NCBI GenBank assembly: GCA_050613775.1
Contig: JBODTK010000134.1
Coordinates: 372,001 to 436,000 of the forward strand
Length of the DNA stretch: 64,000 bases
From: Neocallimastix sp. 'constans'
Taxonomy: Eukaryota
Reading direction: 5' to 3'
The translations under genes and the position numbers were made by a program. Positions 30,140 through 43,535 of the stretch are shown in pieces. The first letter of the stretch is position 1, and every line of letters starts with the position of its first letter. Below the pieces are notes generated by a model, which was given only the letters and a program-made list of their open reading frames with translations, searched no databases and had not been told where the DNA came from.

Positions 30140-30428
30140 TTTATTATTTATTATTTATTATTTATTATTTATTATTTATTATTTATTATTTATTATTTAT
30201 TATTTATTATTTATTATTTATTATTTATTATTTATTATTTATTATTTATTATTTATTATTTATTATTTATTATTTATTATTTATTATTTATTATTTATTA
30301 TTTATTATTTATTATTTATTATTTATTATTTATTATTTATTATTTATTATTTATTATTTATTATTTATTATTTATTATTTATTATTTATTATTTATTATT
30401 TATTATTTATTATTTATTATTTTATTAT
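30140..30428. repeat. (TTATTAT)n heptamer microsatellite, about 40 units
   Basis: Seen directly. Confidence 0.92.
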
Positions 30429-30600
30429 TGTTATGAGTCTTGAAAAAAAAAATTTAGAAACACATGATGAGTACCCATCTCCCATTATAACCATAACAGA
30501 TATGTGACAAACTGGTATACTAGTACAGCATTACTCCTCCATACGTCATTATACATCTGCTTAGGACTGTATTCCCTAACATTCCTACATATATCTCCAT

Positions 30601-32595
30601 TGATTAAGAGTCAGGAATTTATGGTTTATAATTATGTCAATTTTATTAAATATATTATATGATAGAAAAAAGTTACTAATTTTTAATTATTCTAAATTAA
30701 ATGCTTTTATATTAATACATTGTGACTTTCATTATTTATTTTACAATATGTTTCAATACATTTGAAGCTTATTTTTCATACATTTCACATCTTTTTATCA
30801 TTCTAACATTCCTCCTTAAACCAAGTTATTCTATAATGAATAAATTGGTTTTACTGGTTAATATGTGTATATAAAATTATTCTATTATATAATATTGTAT
30901 ACTTGATATTATTAAACTATTAGTTATTTCTATTCAAAATTAACCTTTAATTTTATATGAATTATAGTAATTTTATATTATATTAATTCTTTAATTTAAT
31001 TTTCAAATATTGTTAAAATAATTTCTTAAATATATTTATAATCCAATAATTTCCTCCTAAAACTAAGTATTTAATATTTTTACACCATTTATATTGGATG
31101 TATTTATAATATCTCTTATTATATATAGTTTATATATATACCATTTGTATGATAGAAACCTTTCTTTTGAAGGGTGATATTATACCATCTCAATTTATGT
31201 GAATACCTCTTATATATTGGGTTTTTACATCACTTATACTTATGATCCGTTTTGAAGATAAGCAATAACTTTTATATATTTTCGATTTATTAGTTTTAGC
31301 AATAACTATTAATATAAATTGTTAATTATTATATATTAGTGTACTTGATAAATCATAATCTTTGGGTATTAAAATTGATTGCATTTATAATTAATTGTAT
31401 TATTCTTGTCATTTAAGCTTATTAGTAAATACTATATATTGTTTCATAATTGATTAAGATTCAATATTTCAGTTAATTCTTTTTTTTTTTTGTAGGTTAA
31501 TTTTTTGTTAATTTTCACTATTAGGCTATTTATTCCTTTCCAAGATAAATTATTTTTTTTTAAAATAATCAGCTCAAAGAATCAGTTAAGTAACTTTTCT
31601 TTAATATTATATTATCTTTATTTCTATTAATGTCGACTCTCCCCTAAAATCGAAATTTCTAAAATGGATTTTATATATTTGAAATTTTCTCAACATTAAA
31701 ATATTAAGGATAAAAGTTTAATGATTATAACTTTAAAATACTTAGCATTCAATAAATACAGTTTGTAGATGGATAATCATCATCCATTTTGTATATAACT
31801 CATGGTTATATTTATTATTTTATTATACCTTTCTTCACCAAGGTTTGCATTATGTTTATATTGAATTAGTTAATGATCTAAACCCATTGCACGCTAGGTT
31901 TTAATAATACTATTATTGTTAGAATGCACCCATTTCACTCTAGGAATTACCAATCTATTATATTTTCCCCTTGAATATTTGGGATATTATAGTTTAAATT
32001 ATTTTGTATGGGATCTCTGACATATACCTCCTCCATTATTGTAGTTTATATTTATATATATGAGTTTGATATGTAGAAATGTAGAAATACTCATTAAAAT
32101 AACTATACTTTAAATAATGTGTTTTGTTGTTTAAAAAGAATCATTATCTAATATAGGATTGTTTAAATCTCCATAATATTTATTATTAAATTGGGTTTTA
32201 TATATTCATGGGATGGAAATAGTTTATCACATGGTAGGTTCCTTTATCTACAGATATATTTCATTGCTAAATAGCCAAGAGTTCATTTGTTATAAATATC
32301 AAATTATAATTTCTATTAAAAGTCTCAAGTATGAAGATATATAATTTTCTTTTATATACGTTTAAGTGTGCTTTTCCCTATTAAATTAATAATTTTATAT
32401 TTTTTGGAGCTTTATTTAACATGCAATAACTTCCTTTTTTTTCAACTATTTTATATTTTATTTACGAGTTTCTTCAATTTTGTAATCTTGATCATTTTGA
32501 CCAGTTTTATATTAATACATTGTGGCTTATACATTATTTCATCACTAAATGTTTCAATACATATGAAGCTTATTTTTTATACATTTATTCTAACA
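30601..32595 (-). mobile_element. Older internally deleted relative of the 44798-49375 LTR element, with no cargo ORF
   Basis: LTR-like 30601-30808 ending ttctaaca then PPT ttcctcctt. 30809-32030 is collinear with 45015-46480 (shared gaaaccttt..ttgaagggtgatattataccatct etc.). Partial second LTR at about 32490-32595. Confidence 0.8.
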
Positions 32596-33329
32596 ATTAT
32601 TGAATGTGGTCCAAAACGCTAATTTTTTTTTTTTTTTTTTGAAATTTTAATAAGCTATCTATTTATTTGTGGCTTTTAAAATTTATATTATAACGCCATA
32701 ATTTAATATAATTTTAAGTAAAAAAGAAATAAATGTATAAATAAATAAGTAAATAAATAAGTAAATAAATAAATAAATAAAAATTAAAAAGGTCATTAAA
32801 AAATAAAATATTTTTATATAATTTTTTTTTTTTTGACAATCATGTTATAAGGAAAATGATAAATAATTATTTTCCTTATATCCTTATTTTTATATATTTT
32901 ATTATTTATATTTATATTATATTTTTATATTTTATTTTTTATTATTGATATTATATTTTTATATTTTTCTATTAATATTATATTTTTATATTTTTAAATT
33001 TTTATATTTTATTATTAATATCAATATAATATTTTTATATTTTATTATTAATATCAATATAATATTTTTATATTTTATTATTAAAAAATTTTATTTTATA
33101 AATTTATATTTAAATTTATATTATTTAAAATATTAATTTTTTATATTATAACTAAAACTTTAGTTGTTATTATAACATCTTAATAATAGGATTAAACCTT
33201 TTATTTTATATATAATTTATATATAAATAAAAATTACAAAATAATATTTTTATAAGATTTAAATTATAACTGTAAATTGAAATTACAAAAATTAAAATTT
33301 GTTGTTCACATTTCAAATACTATTTATAT

Positions 33330-33830
33330 ATTACCGCAACCGTATAGTAGAGATATATAAATAGGTTTTTTACACATATGAATTCACATGTCTATCCCAT
33401 ATTATATATATGGGCGTGTAAAGAGCATATATACTTTGGTATATATATCTTATACTATATCAGTACGACGTCGGCGCTCCAAATTCCTAAGCAGAGGTAG
33501 CTCCAGTAGACATGTCTTGCCAAATAACATCCGTGCCATCCTATAGAAATTGAACTCATAACCCTCTCAGTATAGGCTATACAACTACACTAGGATGCTA
33601 TGGGTGATCAAATATAGAGATTAAATACGTGGCAATCCAATAATGGTAGGAGCGGAATTAATACTTACCTGAAATTGTGCCATTATAACCCCTTTACCCT
33701 TTCTCCAAACCCTATCGGGAAAATCAGATCAAGAATAGATACCAGCAGGGGTTGGCTGGACACCAGATGATTATTAAGTCCGCCACATAACAACCAGTAG
33801 AAAGCCCAGTTCTACTTTATATGCTAAAAA
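33330..33830 (-). other. About 500-bp GC-richer non-coding island inside the MULE; dispersed repeat with a tRNA-like segment
   Basis: No ORF; homologous to 3165-3260 and 3895-4080; minus strand carries catccta-gtgtagttg...gttcaatt..taggatg and CAG/GTAAGTAT. Confidence 0.5.
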
Positions 33831-34233
33831 ATGCTATATATATTTGTTGTTTTAAAAAGACTTAAAAGTTAATAATATAATTAGATTATAATATAAATAA
33901 AATAAATACTTAATTCATAAATTCTTTATTAATATATATTAAAAAAAAATAATTAATATTAATTTAGAATAAATAAATAATTAAATTTTTTTTATATACA
34001 TTAAATAAATAATTTATTTTTTAATAATAAAAATAAAAATATTTTCATATATACTTTATGTATCTGTTTTTTTTTAAAAAAATTAAAAGAAAAAGAAATA
34101 ATTAAAATACTTTTTATCTTTTAAAAAAAATTGAATATTTAATTGTTCAGAATTAATATTAAAAAATAATATTTAGATAATTAATATAATAATTTAAAAG
34201 ATATAATTAAAAATTATATATTAAAATTTATAA

Positions 34234-35650
34234 ATGGAAGAAAACATAACTATTTATATAAGTGAGTCTAACAAAGGAGAAGAACAAATCATTATTAATA
34301 AACAATATAAATTTAATTTTTCACATTCAAGGAAAGATAATTCAAGAGTTTATAAATGTACCGAATATAAAAAAAATAATAAATGTAAATCTTTTGTTAT
34401 TTTAAATAATGAGAAAGAAATCTTAAAATATGAGAGTTTACATAATCATCCTGGAAACGAATATAGTGTATCCCTATCTGTAATGAAACATAAAATTAAA
34501 GATGAAATTAAAAAACATTCAAATCCTTTTGATATAAAACGAAAAAGACTATATAATGAAATTTCTAAAGAAATGGGATTTATATATCCGTGTCCAGAAT
34601 ATATTTCAGTTAAAACTCTAATATTAAGAAGTATTAATAAAAAACTACCATCCAATGTAACAACTTTTAATGAAATTCCTAATAAATCTGAATATTATAA
34701 AACTGAACGAAATAAAGATTTTATGATATTCAAAAATTCTGATTTAGTAATTTTTCAATCCCCTTTTCAAACAAAGTTATTTAAGAAATATAATAATGAT
34801 ATATTTGTGGATGGTACTTTTTATATCGCGCCTAAATTTAGTCAACAAGTGTTTATTACTAGAACTTACGTTAAAGAATTGAATAGTTTTTATACTACTT
34901 CTTATGCAATATTAAGAAATAAAAAGCAAAAAACATATAAAATGTTATTCAATAAATTAAAACAAAATTCTAATAATAATATTATAACTGAACCAAAAAA
35001 TGTATTGCGATTTTGAAAAAGGCATATCCAAAGCAGTTAAAAAAATATTTCCTAATATAAATATTAAATACTGTATTTGGCATTATAAAAATTTATTAGA
35101 AATTAAAAAAAATGAATTGTGCTGTAATGGAGTGAACGATGATGAAAAAATATTTAATTATTACAAAGGAATTTCAAACTTACCATTTATCAACCCTGAA
35201 TACATAATGGATATTTTTTTCATTAATTAAAACTAAATCCATTGAAAAAAATTCTTGTCTATTTTTAAAATTTTTAGAATATTTTTATGAAACATATTTA
35301 TTTGGTTACGATATGAAAAGTTGGAATTATTATAATAATATTGAACATATAACTAATAATGCTTCAGAATCACTCAATAATTCTTTAAATAAACTATTTC
35401 CAATGAAACCAAATTTTTATGAATTAATAAATAAATTAAAAGAACAGGAACATTTATCATATTATGATTACCAAATGAAAATAAAAGGAATTTGGAGAAT
35501 GAAAAAAAATAAAAACAAAAACTGATGAAATTAATATCTTAATTGAAAAATACAAAAAATAAAGAAGCCAAGTTAATTGATATTAAATATGATAGAAGTG
35601 ATCTTACTAAATTGTGGTCTGAATGTTTAACTAATTTAAATAATATTTTA
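34234..35650 (+). pseudogene. MULE transposase (N-terminal FLYWCH/WRKY-like Zn finger plus DDE), frameshifted
   Basis: YKC..YKK..KC...HNH, FVDGTF, CDFEKG, CIWHY and TNNASESLNN spread over three frames (34234-35016, 35000-35230, 35313-35525). Confidence 0.9.
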
Positions 35651-36039
35651 TAAATATTATTTTATAAATATTATTTTATAATAAATAATTATGAAATGAC
35701 AGAGGAATTTCCAAAAGAAAAAATCATTAAAATTCTTTCATACAAAAACTTATAATTAAATTTATTAATTAAAATTTTATAATTATTAAAAAGTTAAAAT
35801 GTTTATATACTTGATAAAATTTATGTATTTTAAATAAGTATTCTATAATTTTATTATTATAATTAATTTTATTAATAATTGTTTAAATATTTTATTAATA
35901 TTTTTTTTAAAATAAATAATCCTATATTTTTATACTTTATTATTAATATTAATAATATATTTTTATATTTTTATATTTTATTATTAATATTTATAATTAA
36001 TTTTATTAATAATTGTTTAAATATTTTATTAATATTTTT

Positions 36040-36680
36040 TTTAAATAAATAAATCTATATAATTGCTAAAGTATTTTATTAATAGTTGTTTAAATATTTT
36101 AATATTTTTTAAATAAATAAATCTATATAATTGTTAAAGTATTTTATTAATATTTTTTTAAATAAATAAATCTATATAATTGTTAAAGTATTTTATTAAT
36201 ATTTTTTTTGGGAGAGTTGCATTTCCCCAAATTGCATTTCGCCAGGTTGCATTTCGCCAAGAGGCGTAGTATTAAAATGTTGCATTTCCCCAAGTTGCTT
36301 TTCGCCGGGTTGCATTTCGACAAGTAGAGTATTGATATAAATAAATGAATAAATAAATAAATATTAATTCAAAATATATTTTTTTTAAAATTGTTTTTAT
36401 TCGATATTAATAATAATTAATTTTATTTATTGATTTATTTATTTATTTAATAATTTTCAATTTGGCGAAATGCGACTTGGCGAATTGCAATTTGGCGGAA
36501 TTCCATATTTTTTTATTACGCCACATGCTTTCAAAAAAATTGGCGAAATGCAATTTGGCGAAATGCCCCACACCCATTTTTTTTAAATAAATAAATCTAT
36601 ATAATTGTTAAAGTATTTTATTAATATTTTTTTAAATAAATAAATCTATATAATTGTTAAAGTATTTTATTAATATTTTT
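36040..36680. repeat. About 47-bp tandem repeat (aaataaataaatctatataattgttaaagtattttattaatattttttt) interrupted by a MITE
   Basis: Units visible on both sides of 36210-36575. Confidence 0.8.
36210..36575. mobile_element. 366-bp Foldback/Mutator-type MITE with modular TIRs and 9-bp TSD
   Basis: GGG...CCC termini; left arm has repeated TTGCATTTCGCCAA units, right arm has TTGGCGAAATGCAA units; ATTTTTTTT at 36201-36209 and 36576-36584. Confidence 0.85.
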
Positions 36681-37439
36681 TTTTTTTTTTTTTTTTTTTA
36701 CAAAAAATAAACCTTTTAATTGTTTGAATATTTTAATTTATTTTTTTTTTTTGTAAAAAAATATTTATTTTTATCTAACCATTATAATTTATTTAATTAT
36801 TCACTTAATAAATTTAAGAAAAAAAATTACAAATTAATAATAGTATCATATAACTATTAATTTAAAAAGCCTCAAAGTTTGATATATCACGTGAAAATTG
36901 GCGTTTTGGACCTCTCCCATATAAATAAATATATAAATACAGCTACTTTTACAAAAAAAGTCACAAACTAAATAATAAATTATTAATAATTTTTGAATCT
37001 CAAATTATTCTATTTTTAATCCATATTTATTACATTTACCCAATCAGTTTAATTTAAAATGAATTTTTTTTTTACTGAAACTAATTTATTTATTTAGTGA
37101 TACAATATTACACCACATTTAAATATTCCTTCTCCTTTTTCTTTTTTTTTTTTTTTTTTTCTGTGTAAATAAATATAATAAATAAAAAATTCTATAAGAA
37201 ATCTATTATAGAAATGTTACCCTGCTAATCGGTACACATTTCTTTTATTATATTATTATTATTATTAATTTTTCCTATTGGTATATCCATATTTATAAGC
37301 TTTTCATTAAACTTGAAAATGTATGTCTTCTACTCATTAGTTAATCAATTTTTTTTTAATTATATGAAAACAACAAAAATAATAAAATAATAAAAAAAAT
37401 AAAAAAAAATTTCCTAATAATAATAATAATAATAATAAT

Positions 37440-37486
<47 letters not shown>

Positions 37487-38384
37487 TAATATAAAGATTA
37501 TATTTCTAATAATAATAAATAATAATAAGATTGTACGTTTTTTTTTTTTGTTTGTTTGTTTAAGTTCTATTATTAATGTTATTTAAATTTTATTTTTCTT
37601 AATAATAATTTACTAATATAAGTTTTTTTTTTTTTTTTTTTTTTCTTATTATTATAATAATTATTAATTACATTGATAGTAATAAAAAGTTCTTAAATGA
37701 ATTCTCCAATTCTCATTAAGAGGTGTAACTTTTACTTGAGTCAAAGAATATAATAAAAGTAAATTACAATGATAATTATCCTATTTAAAACATTTCTATA
37801 AAAAAAAATTTTTTTTTCTCATATTTAATTCGAATTGAATTTGACCTTTTTTGTAATAAAATTTTAAAAAAATTTAAAATAAACCATTTATATAAAAAAA
37901 AATTAATTTCTTTAATCAAATTTTAATAATTCATATTTAATATTAATATTTTTTCATGCTATTTTATTATTATTTAATTATTAATTATTATTAATTATTA
38001 TTTAACTATTTTATTCAATCTTTTTTTTTTTTTTTTTTTCATTAATAATTAAATATTTTTTTTTAAAAAAAAAAAAAAAATTAAACAATATAAAACAATT
38101 GATATAAAATGAAATATTCAAACCTTAATTAATATAAAATAGTTTTTATTATTCAATCATAAATTGATGTCATAAATCAAATCTAAATCTAATGATTTTA
38201 TAATATTTTTAAAATGTGGGCTTGATTTAATATTAATTATATTTATAATTATTAATAAATTATATAGCATAAATCAATGTTTTAATTATATTCTTATTAT
38301 TTTATATTTATATAGTTATTAAATATTTCCTTAAATAATAATTATTAATTTATATTCATTCAATAGTTTATTTTAATCACAGAA

Positions 38385-38960
38385 ACAATTAATCAATTAA
38401 CAATAGAGCTTTGCATATTAATTAAACAATATAGCTTTGCATATTCAATTAACAATATAGCTTTGATATATTCAATTAACAATATAGCTGGTATGGTTAT
38501 ATATTAGCAATATATGCATATGTTTAATTAATTAACAATATAGCTTTTATATATTAATAAACTATTATAAACATATATTGCTAATATATTTATTTTATAC
38601 TATATTTATGCTAAAACTAGGCATGTGTATGATTTGCATTTTTTATTTATTTTATTTTTTTTTTTTAATTTATTTATTTTCTGATGAATTTGATAGCTGT
38701 TTTAGCATAGTTTTAGCATCAAAACCCTATATCGTTTATTAATATAAATGTCTAAAATGTTGATATTGTATTTGTATGCCATTTAGCATTAATTGTTCAT
38801 CAAAATATATATATAAATTATGATTGTTTAAGTTGATACTAGTTTGAACGATATTTACATATATTTGGCATACAAATACAATCAAACAACCTATATCGTT
38901 TATATCAATATATATGCTAAAACTATATCATTGTATTTGAATGCCTAAAATTAGCAATAT
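38385..38960. repeat. Short tandem and inverted repeat cluster (possible non-autonomous DNA transposon remnant)
   Basis: attaacaatatagct x5; tatgctaaaacta / tagttttagcat; ttgtatttgtatgcc / ggcatacaaatacaa; ctatatcgtttat x2. Confidence 0.55.
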
Positions 38961-41243
38961 TGTTCAATAAATAACATAAAAATAAAACATTTCTCTGAAT
39001 TATGAGAAGTGTTTGTAATGTAAGTAATGTAATGTAAGTTAGTGTGTAATTAAAAGTATAAGAAAGTTGTTAGATAGTTTTTAAATATATGTAATTTCAA
39101 TAATAAAATTAAATGTATAATTAAAAGTATAAGAAAGTTATTAGATAGTTTTTAAATATATATAATTTCAATAATAAAATTAAAAAAATAAATAATACTT
39201 AAATAAATTTAACAAATAAATCCCAACATCGAATTTTTGAGTTGTACATCACAATATGAAAATTAATATAAAATTAATTAAAAAATAAATTTTAAAAATT
39301 TAAAAATTAATCTTTTAAAAATTTAAAAATTAATCCTTTAATAAAATAATTTAAAAATCATATCTAATAAAATAAAATAAAATAAAATAAAATTATATGA
39401 TTTTATGATAATTAATAAAATTTAAAAATTTAAATAAAAAAAATTTTAAATTTTTATTTGTAATGAATATTTAATTAAACTAGAAGTTTATTGGTTAAAT
39501 AAAATGAATGACTTATTTTTTTTTATATCATGAAAAATGATAATATTAAATATTAAATATTATAAAATATTATTAATATTATAAATAATTTATATCATGA
39601 AAAATGATAATATTAAATATTATAAAATATTTAAATATTAATTATTTATATTTTTTATTTTTATTTTTATTTTGAGAATTAAAATATAAGTATATATATA
39701 CTATTGCAAACTATAGATTATTTTTATTATAATGATATATATAATAAAAAATATTTAAATATTCAATACTTTATTGTTATTTTTTTGTATATTTACATAT
39801 ATTACATTTTTATTGAAATATAAATAATATTTTTTAATTATTATTATTATGTAATATTAGTTGCTATTTGTTACTACTTATTAATTTTTAATTATAATTT
39901 TTTTATTTATAAAATTCAAAAAGATTTGAGTGGATTTCAAAAAATTAAAATTTTATAAATAATAATATATATATATATATATATTTTTGAATTTATTATT
40001 ATTATGTAATTTTAGTTGTTATTTGTTATTTGTTACTACTTAGTAATTAATAGTTTTATGTTCTTATTATTTTATTATGATTTTAATTATAATTTTATTA
40101 TTTATGATTTTAATTATAATTTTATTATTTATAAAATTCATTAAGATTTGAGTTGATTTCAAAAAATTAAAATTTTATATCCATTTTGAATATAATAAAA
40201 ATATTTTATTGTTATTTAAATATTTAACATTTAATATTTAACTATTCTATAATAATTAACATTTTATATTTAAATATTTAAATATTTAAATATTTTATAA
40301 TATTTAACATTTTATATTTAATATTTAATATTAAATATTTTTAAATGCTAACAGAAATTTAGACTTGTTTCATTATAAGTATAGCAAAAATATTTTCCCT
40401 TGTTAGGTGGAAACAATTTTCTATAAGATTTAAATAAATTCTGGTATATAATTGATACATAATTGGATTATAGATTAAATAAGGTTTAAAGTTGAATAAA
40501 GATATCATAATTTAGGTTAACATAATGGTAACTCTTTATTATTTATAATAAAGTTTCATTTGTTCATTTATTATTTATTATTTATTAGTTATTAGTTATT
40601 ATTTATTATTTATTATTTATTATTTAATTATTTAATATTTATTATTAATAAATACTCTTTCTATATTATTTATTTATTATTTATTATATATTTATATAAA
40701 TAACTAATTTATTTATTAAATATTTGTATTTATATTTTTATTTATTTATCTATATATTTTTTATTATATTTATCTATATATTTTTATTATATTTATAAAT
40801 ATTTGTTTAAAGAATTTTTCATATAAATGATTAAAGAATTCAAGATTTCAAAATTCAAAAAAAAAGTTTCAAAAATAAATTTTAGGTGAAATAAATAAAT
40901 TAATTTTCTTTAATGTAATTTGTTATGAATACGTTACACAGATCAACATCTTCAATTTTATTAAAAAAGAAAGGATAATTTTAGTAATTTTTTAACTTTG
41001 TAATGAGGTCTACTATTATAAAACTTTATTTGGTATAAATAAATTAAAATGACAAATGACATAAAATTAAAAAATGTTATGGTTTGTTAAAGGATTAAAC
41101 CACCAAAATTTTTTTATTTTAGATTTTTTTTTTTTTTTTTAAAAAAAAAAAATTAATTTTAAACTTTAAAAAAATAAAAATTAATATATATTATATATAT
41201 ATTATACAATATAATATATATTAAATATTAAATATTAAATATT

Positions 41244-41278
<35 letters not shown>

Positions 41279-42374
41279 ATTTTTAATTTTTTAATTTTTT
41301 AATTTTATTAATATATATTAAAACATTTATGTAACATTAAAACAATATGTTTCATTACATAATAAAATCTTAATTATTATTATATTTTAAAAATTATTAT
41401 TAATAAACTTTAATATTTTTGTTAAGGAAATATAAAAAAAATATAAAAAGAAATTCCAATACATAATGAAAATGATTCACCACTTCATAAAAAAAAAAAA
41501 AAAAAAAGAGTAAAAAAGAAATAAAGTATATATTATAAATTTATTCATTTTAATAATTTGTTTTATTTTTATTTTTTAATATAGGATAAAGTTTATAACT
41601 TAATTACAAATTAAATGAAAATATTTACCTTATCATTGGTTTTTTTTTTTTTTTTATTCGTTTGTTTTTGTGATTTTTTTAATATATCAATATTCCATAA
41701 AATTAATATTCCAAATTTTATATATTCTTTAATTTATATTCCATAATTTAAATTTTATAAATTTTATTTCTTTTATTTTTCTTTTATTTTATTTTTTTTT
41801 TTTTTTAGTTTTTATTTTATTTAGTTTTTATATTATTTTTAATATTATTTCTTTTATCGTTTGAATTATATATATATGTATATATTTTCTTCTTCTTTTT
41901 TTTATTATGTTTAAAAAACATTTTTTTTTATTGTTATTATATAAATAAAAATTTTAAGAAAAGAAAAATTAAATTAGTCAAAATAGACATGTCAATATTA
42001 TTATAATTTAAAACATTTAAAAAAAAAAAATATAAATATATATATATATAAATTAAATAATGATAATTTAAAATTTTTTTAAATAAATATTCAAATAATA
42101 GATATTGAATAATAAAATAATTAAAATTAAAAAAAAAATAAAATAAAATAAATTAATAAATAAATAAATAACAATATACCAATATACCTATATATTTTTA
42201 AACTCATTATTTTAAAAATTAAAAAAAAAAAAAAAAAACAACCTGTTATTTATAATATTAATTATTAAATTTCAAATTTAAATTAAATTAAAAAAATTTA
42301 AACATTAATTTATAAGCGGATAAAAAAAATAAAAAAATAAATAAATAAAATATAATATAATAATAAGGATAAAA

Positions 42375-43535
42375 ATGAAATCAATAATTATTTTATTACA
42401 ATTTGTTATATTATTATGGCATAGAATTAATGGTGAATATCCTCCTTGTTCAAGTTGTAATGTGCAACAGTTATATAAGGATAAACCTATTGGAAAAGAA
42501 AATAATCAATGGTGTATTATTGATAAAAATAACTGTAAAAATGAAAATAATCAATCTTCACAAAATGAAATTAATTATACTACTTCTAATTTAATTTCAA
42601 ATGTTGGTAATACTACCAATTCTAATTCAACAAGTAATATAACTTCTCTTGATATAATTACATGCCCTGATTGTACCATTTTAACAGAAAATAATGAAAT
42701 TGGTGAATATTGGGGATATATACCTGAAATCAATAGAGTTAGTATCAATTTTTAATAATTTAATTTAAAAATAATATTGAATTATAAAAAGAAATTATAT
42801 ATATAACAAAATTATATATATATATTTAAAATCAAAGTTTCACAATAATAATAATATAATTATTATATTATTATTTTATTGAAAATTAATGATTTATGAA
42901 AATAATTTTTAAATATATATATATATTGTATAATTAAATTTCAATAAATATTAAAATTTTTATCTATATTTATATATACATACTTTTTTTTTTTTTTATA
43001 AAATATTTATTAATTCGTGCTATATATGAATTATAATTAAAAAAAAAAAAAAAAATAGCCTTGTAAAATTGATAATGTCAAGTGTAAAGAAGTTATTAAA
43101 AGAAAATTAGAAAAACCAGTTCTCAGAGGGTCTGACGGTTCAAGAATATGTCAATCATGTGATAGTATAAAAGTTACAGACAAAATAAAATCTCTTATGT
43201 GGGGATCAGAGGATGGAGAAGAATGTCGAATAATTACTTCTCGTTGTCCACAACATAAAATATCAGGACATCCATTCTGTAATGGTTGTAATATTCAAGG
43301 AACTGGAACCGATTTTTGTTTGTTTGGATATGAAAATAATCAACCATGTATTATAAATGAAGTTTTGTGTGGTACACCAGAAAATCGTTTTAAAAGAATC
43401 TATTCAGATGGTACTGTTTTAAAAGGAGATGGTAATACTTTTGATGATGATGAAAATAATGGTAATTCTCTTTACTATTCTCATTACTTGTGTGTCATAA
43501 CATTCTTAATTATAGTATTATTTTCCTTAATATAA
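42375..43535 (+). CDS. Secreted ~279-aa protein of four dockerin(CBM10)-like repeats with C-terminal hydrophobic/GPI-type anchor; exons 42375-42737 and 43059-43535
   Basis: Signal peptide; phase-0 intron GTTAGT(42738)...ATAG(43058) joins ...YWGYIPEINR|PCKIDNVKC in frame with the 43197 ORF; four CxxC...(W/F/I)G.E..C.I...C units; tail YLCVITFLIIVLFSLI*. Confidence 0.85.

Larger units (their letters stand above)
32602..36918 (+). mobile_element. Mutator-like (MULE) DNA transposon with degenerate TIRs
   Basis: ggtccaaaacgctaatttt (32608) vs aaaattggcgttttggacc (to 36912), plus inner similarity (tttg.ggcttttaaa); encloses a transposase pseudogene; no TSD recognised. Confidence 0.75.

Noticed and set aside
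33330..33500. Group I/II intron or hammerhead ribozyme
   Set aside because: No complete catalytic core (P7 pairing, domain V, or CUGANGA/GAAA with stems) could be assembled by eye; an Infernal scan is needed.
33661..33830. U1 snRNA (ATACTTACCTG at 33661)
   Set aside because: Only the 11-nt 5' end matches; stem-loop I/II and the Sm site are not in the expected positions. Better read as a splice-donor-like motif on the minus strand.
36210..36575. CRISPR-like array
   Set aside because: Units are adjacent without unique spacers, are inverted between arms and are flanked by a TSD, so this is a MITE in a eukaryotic context.
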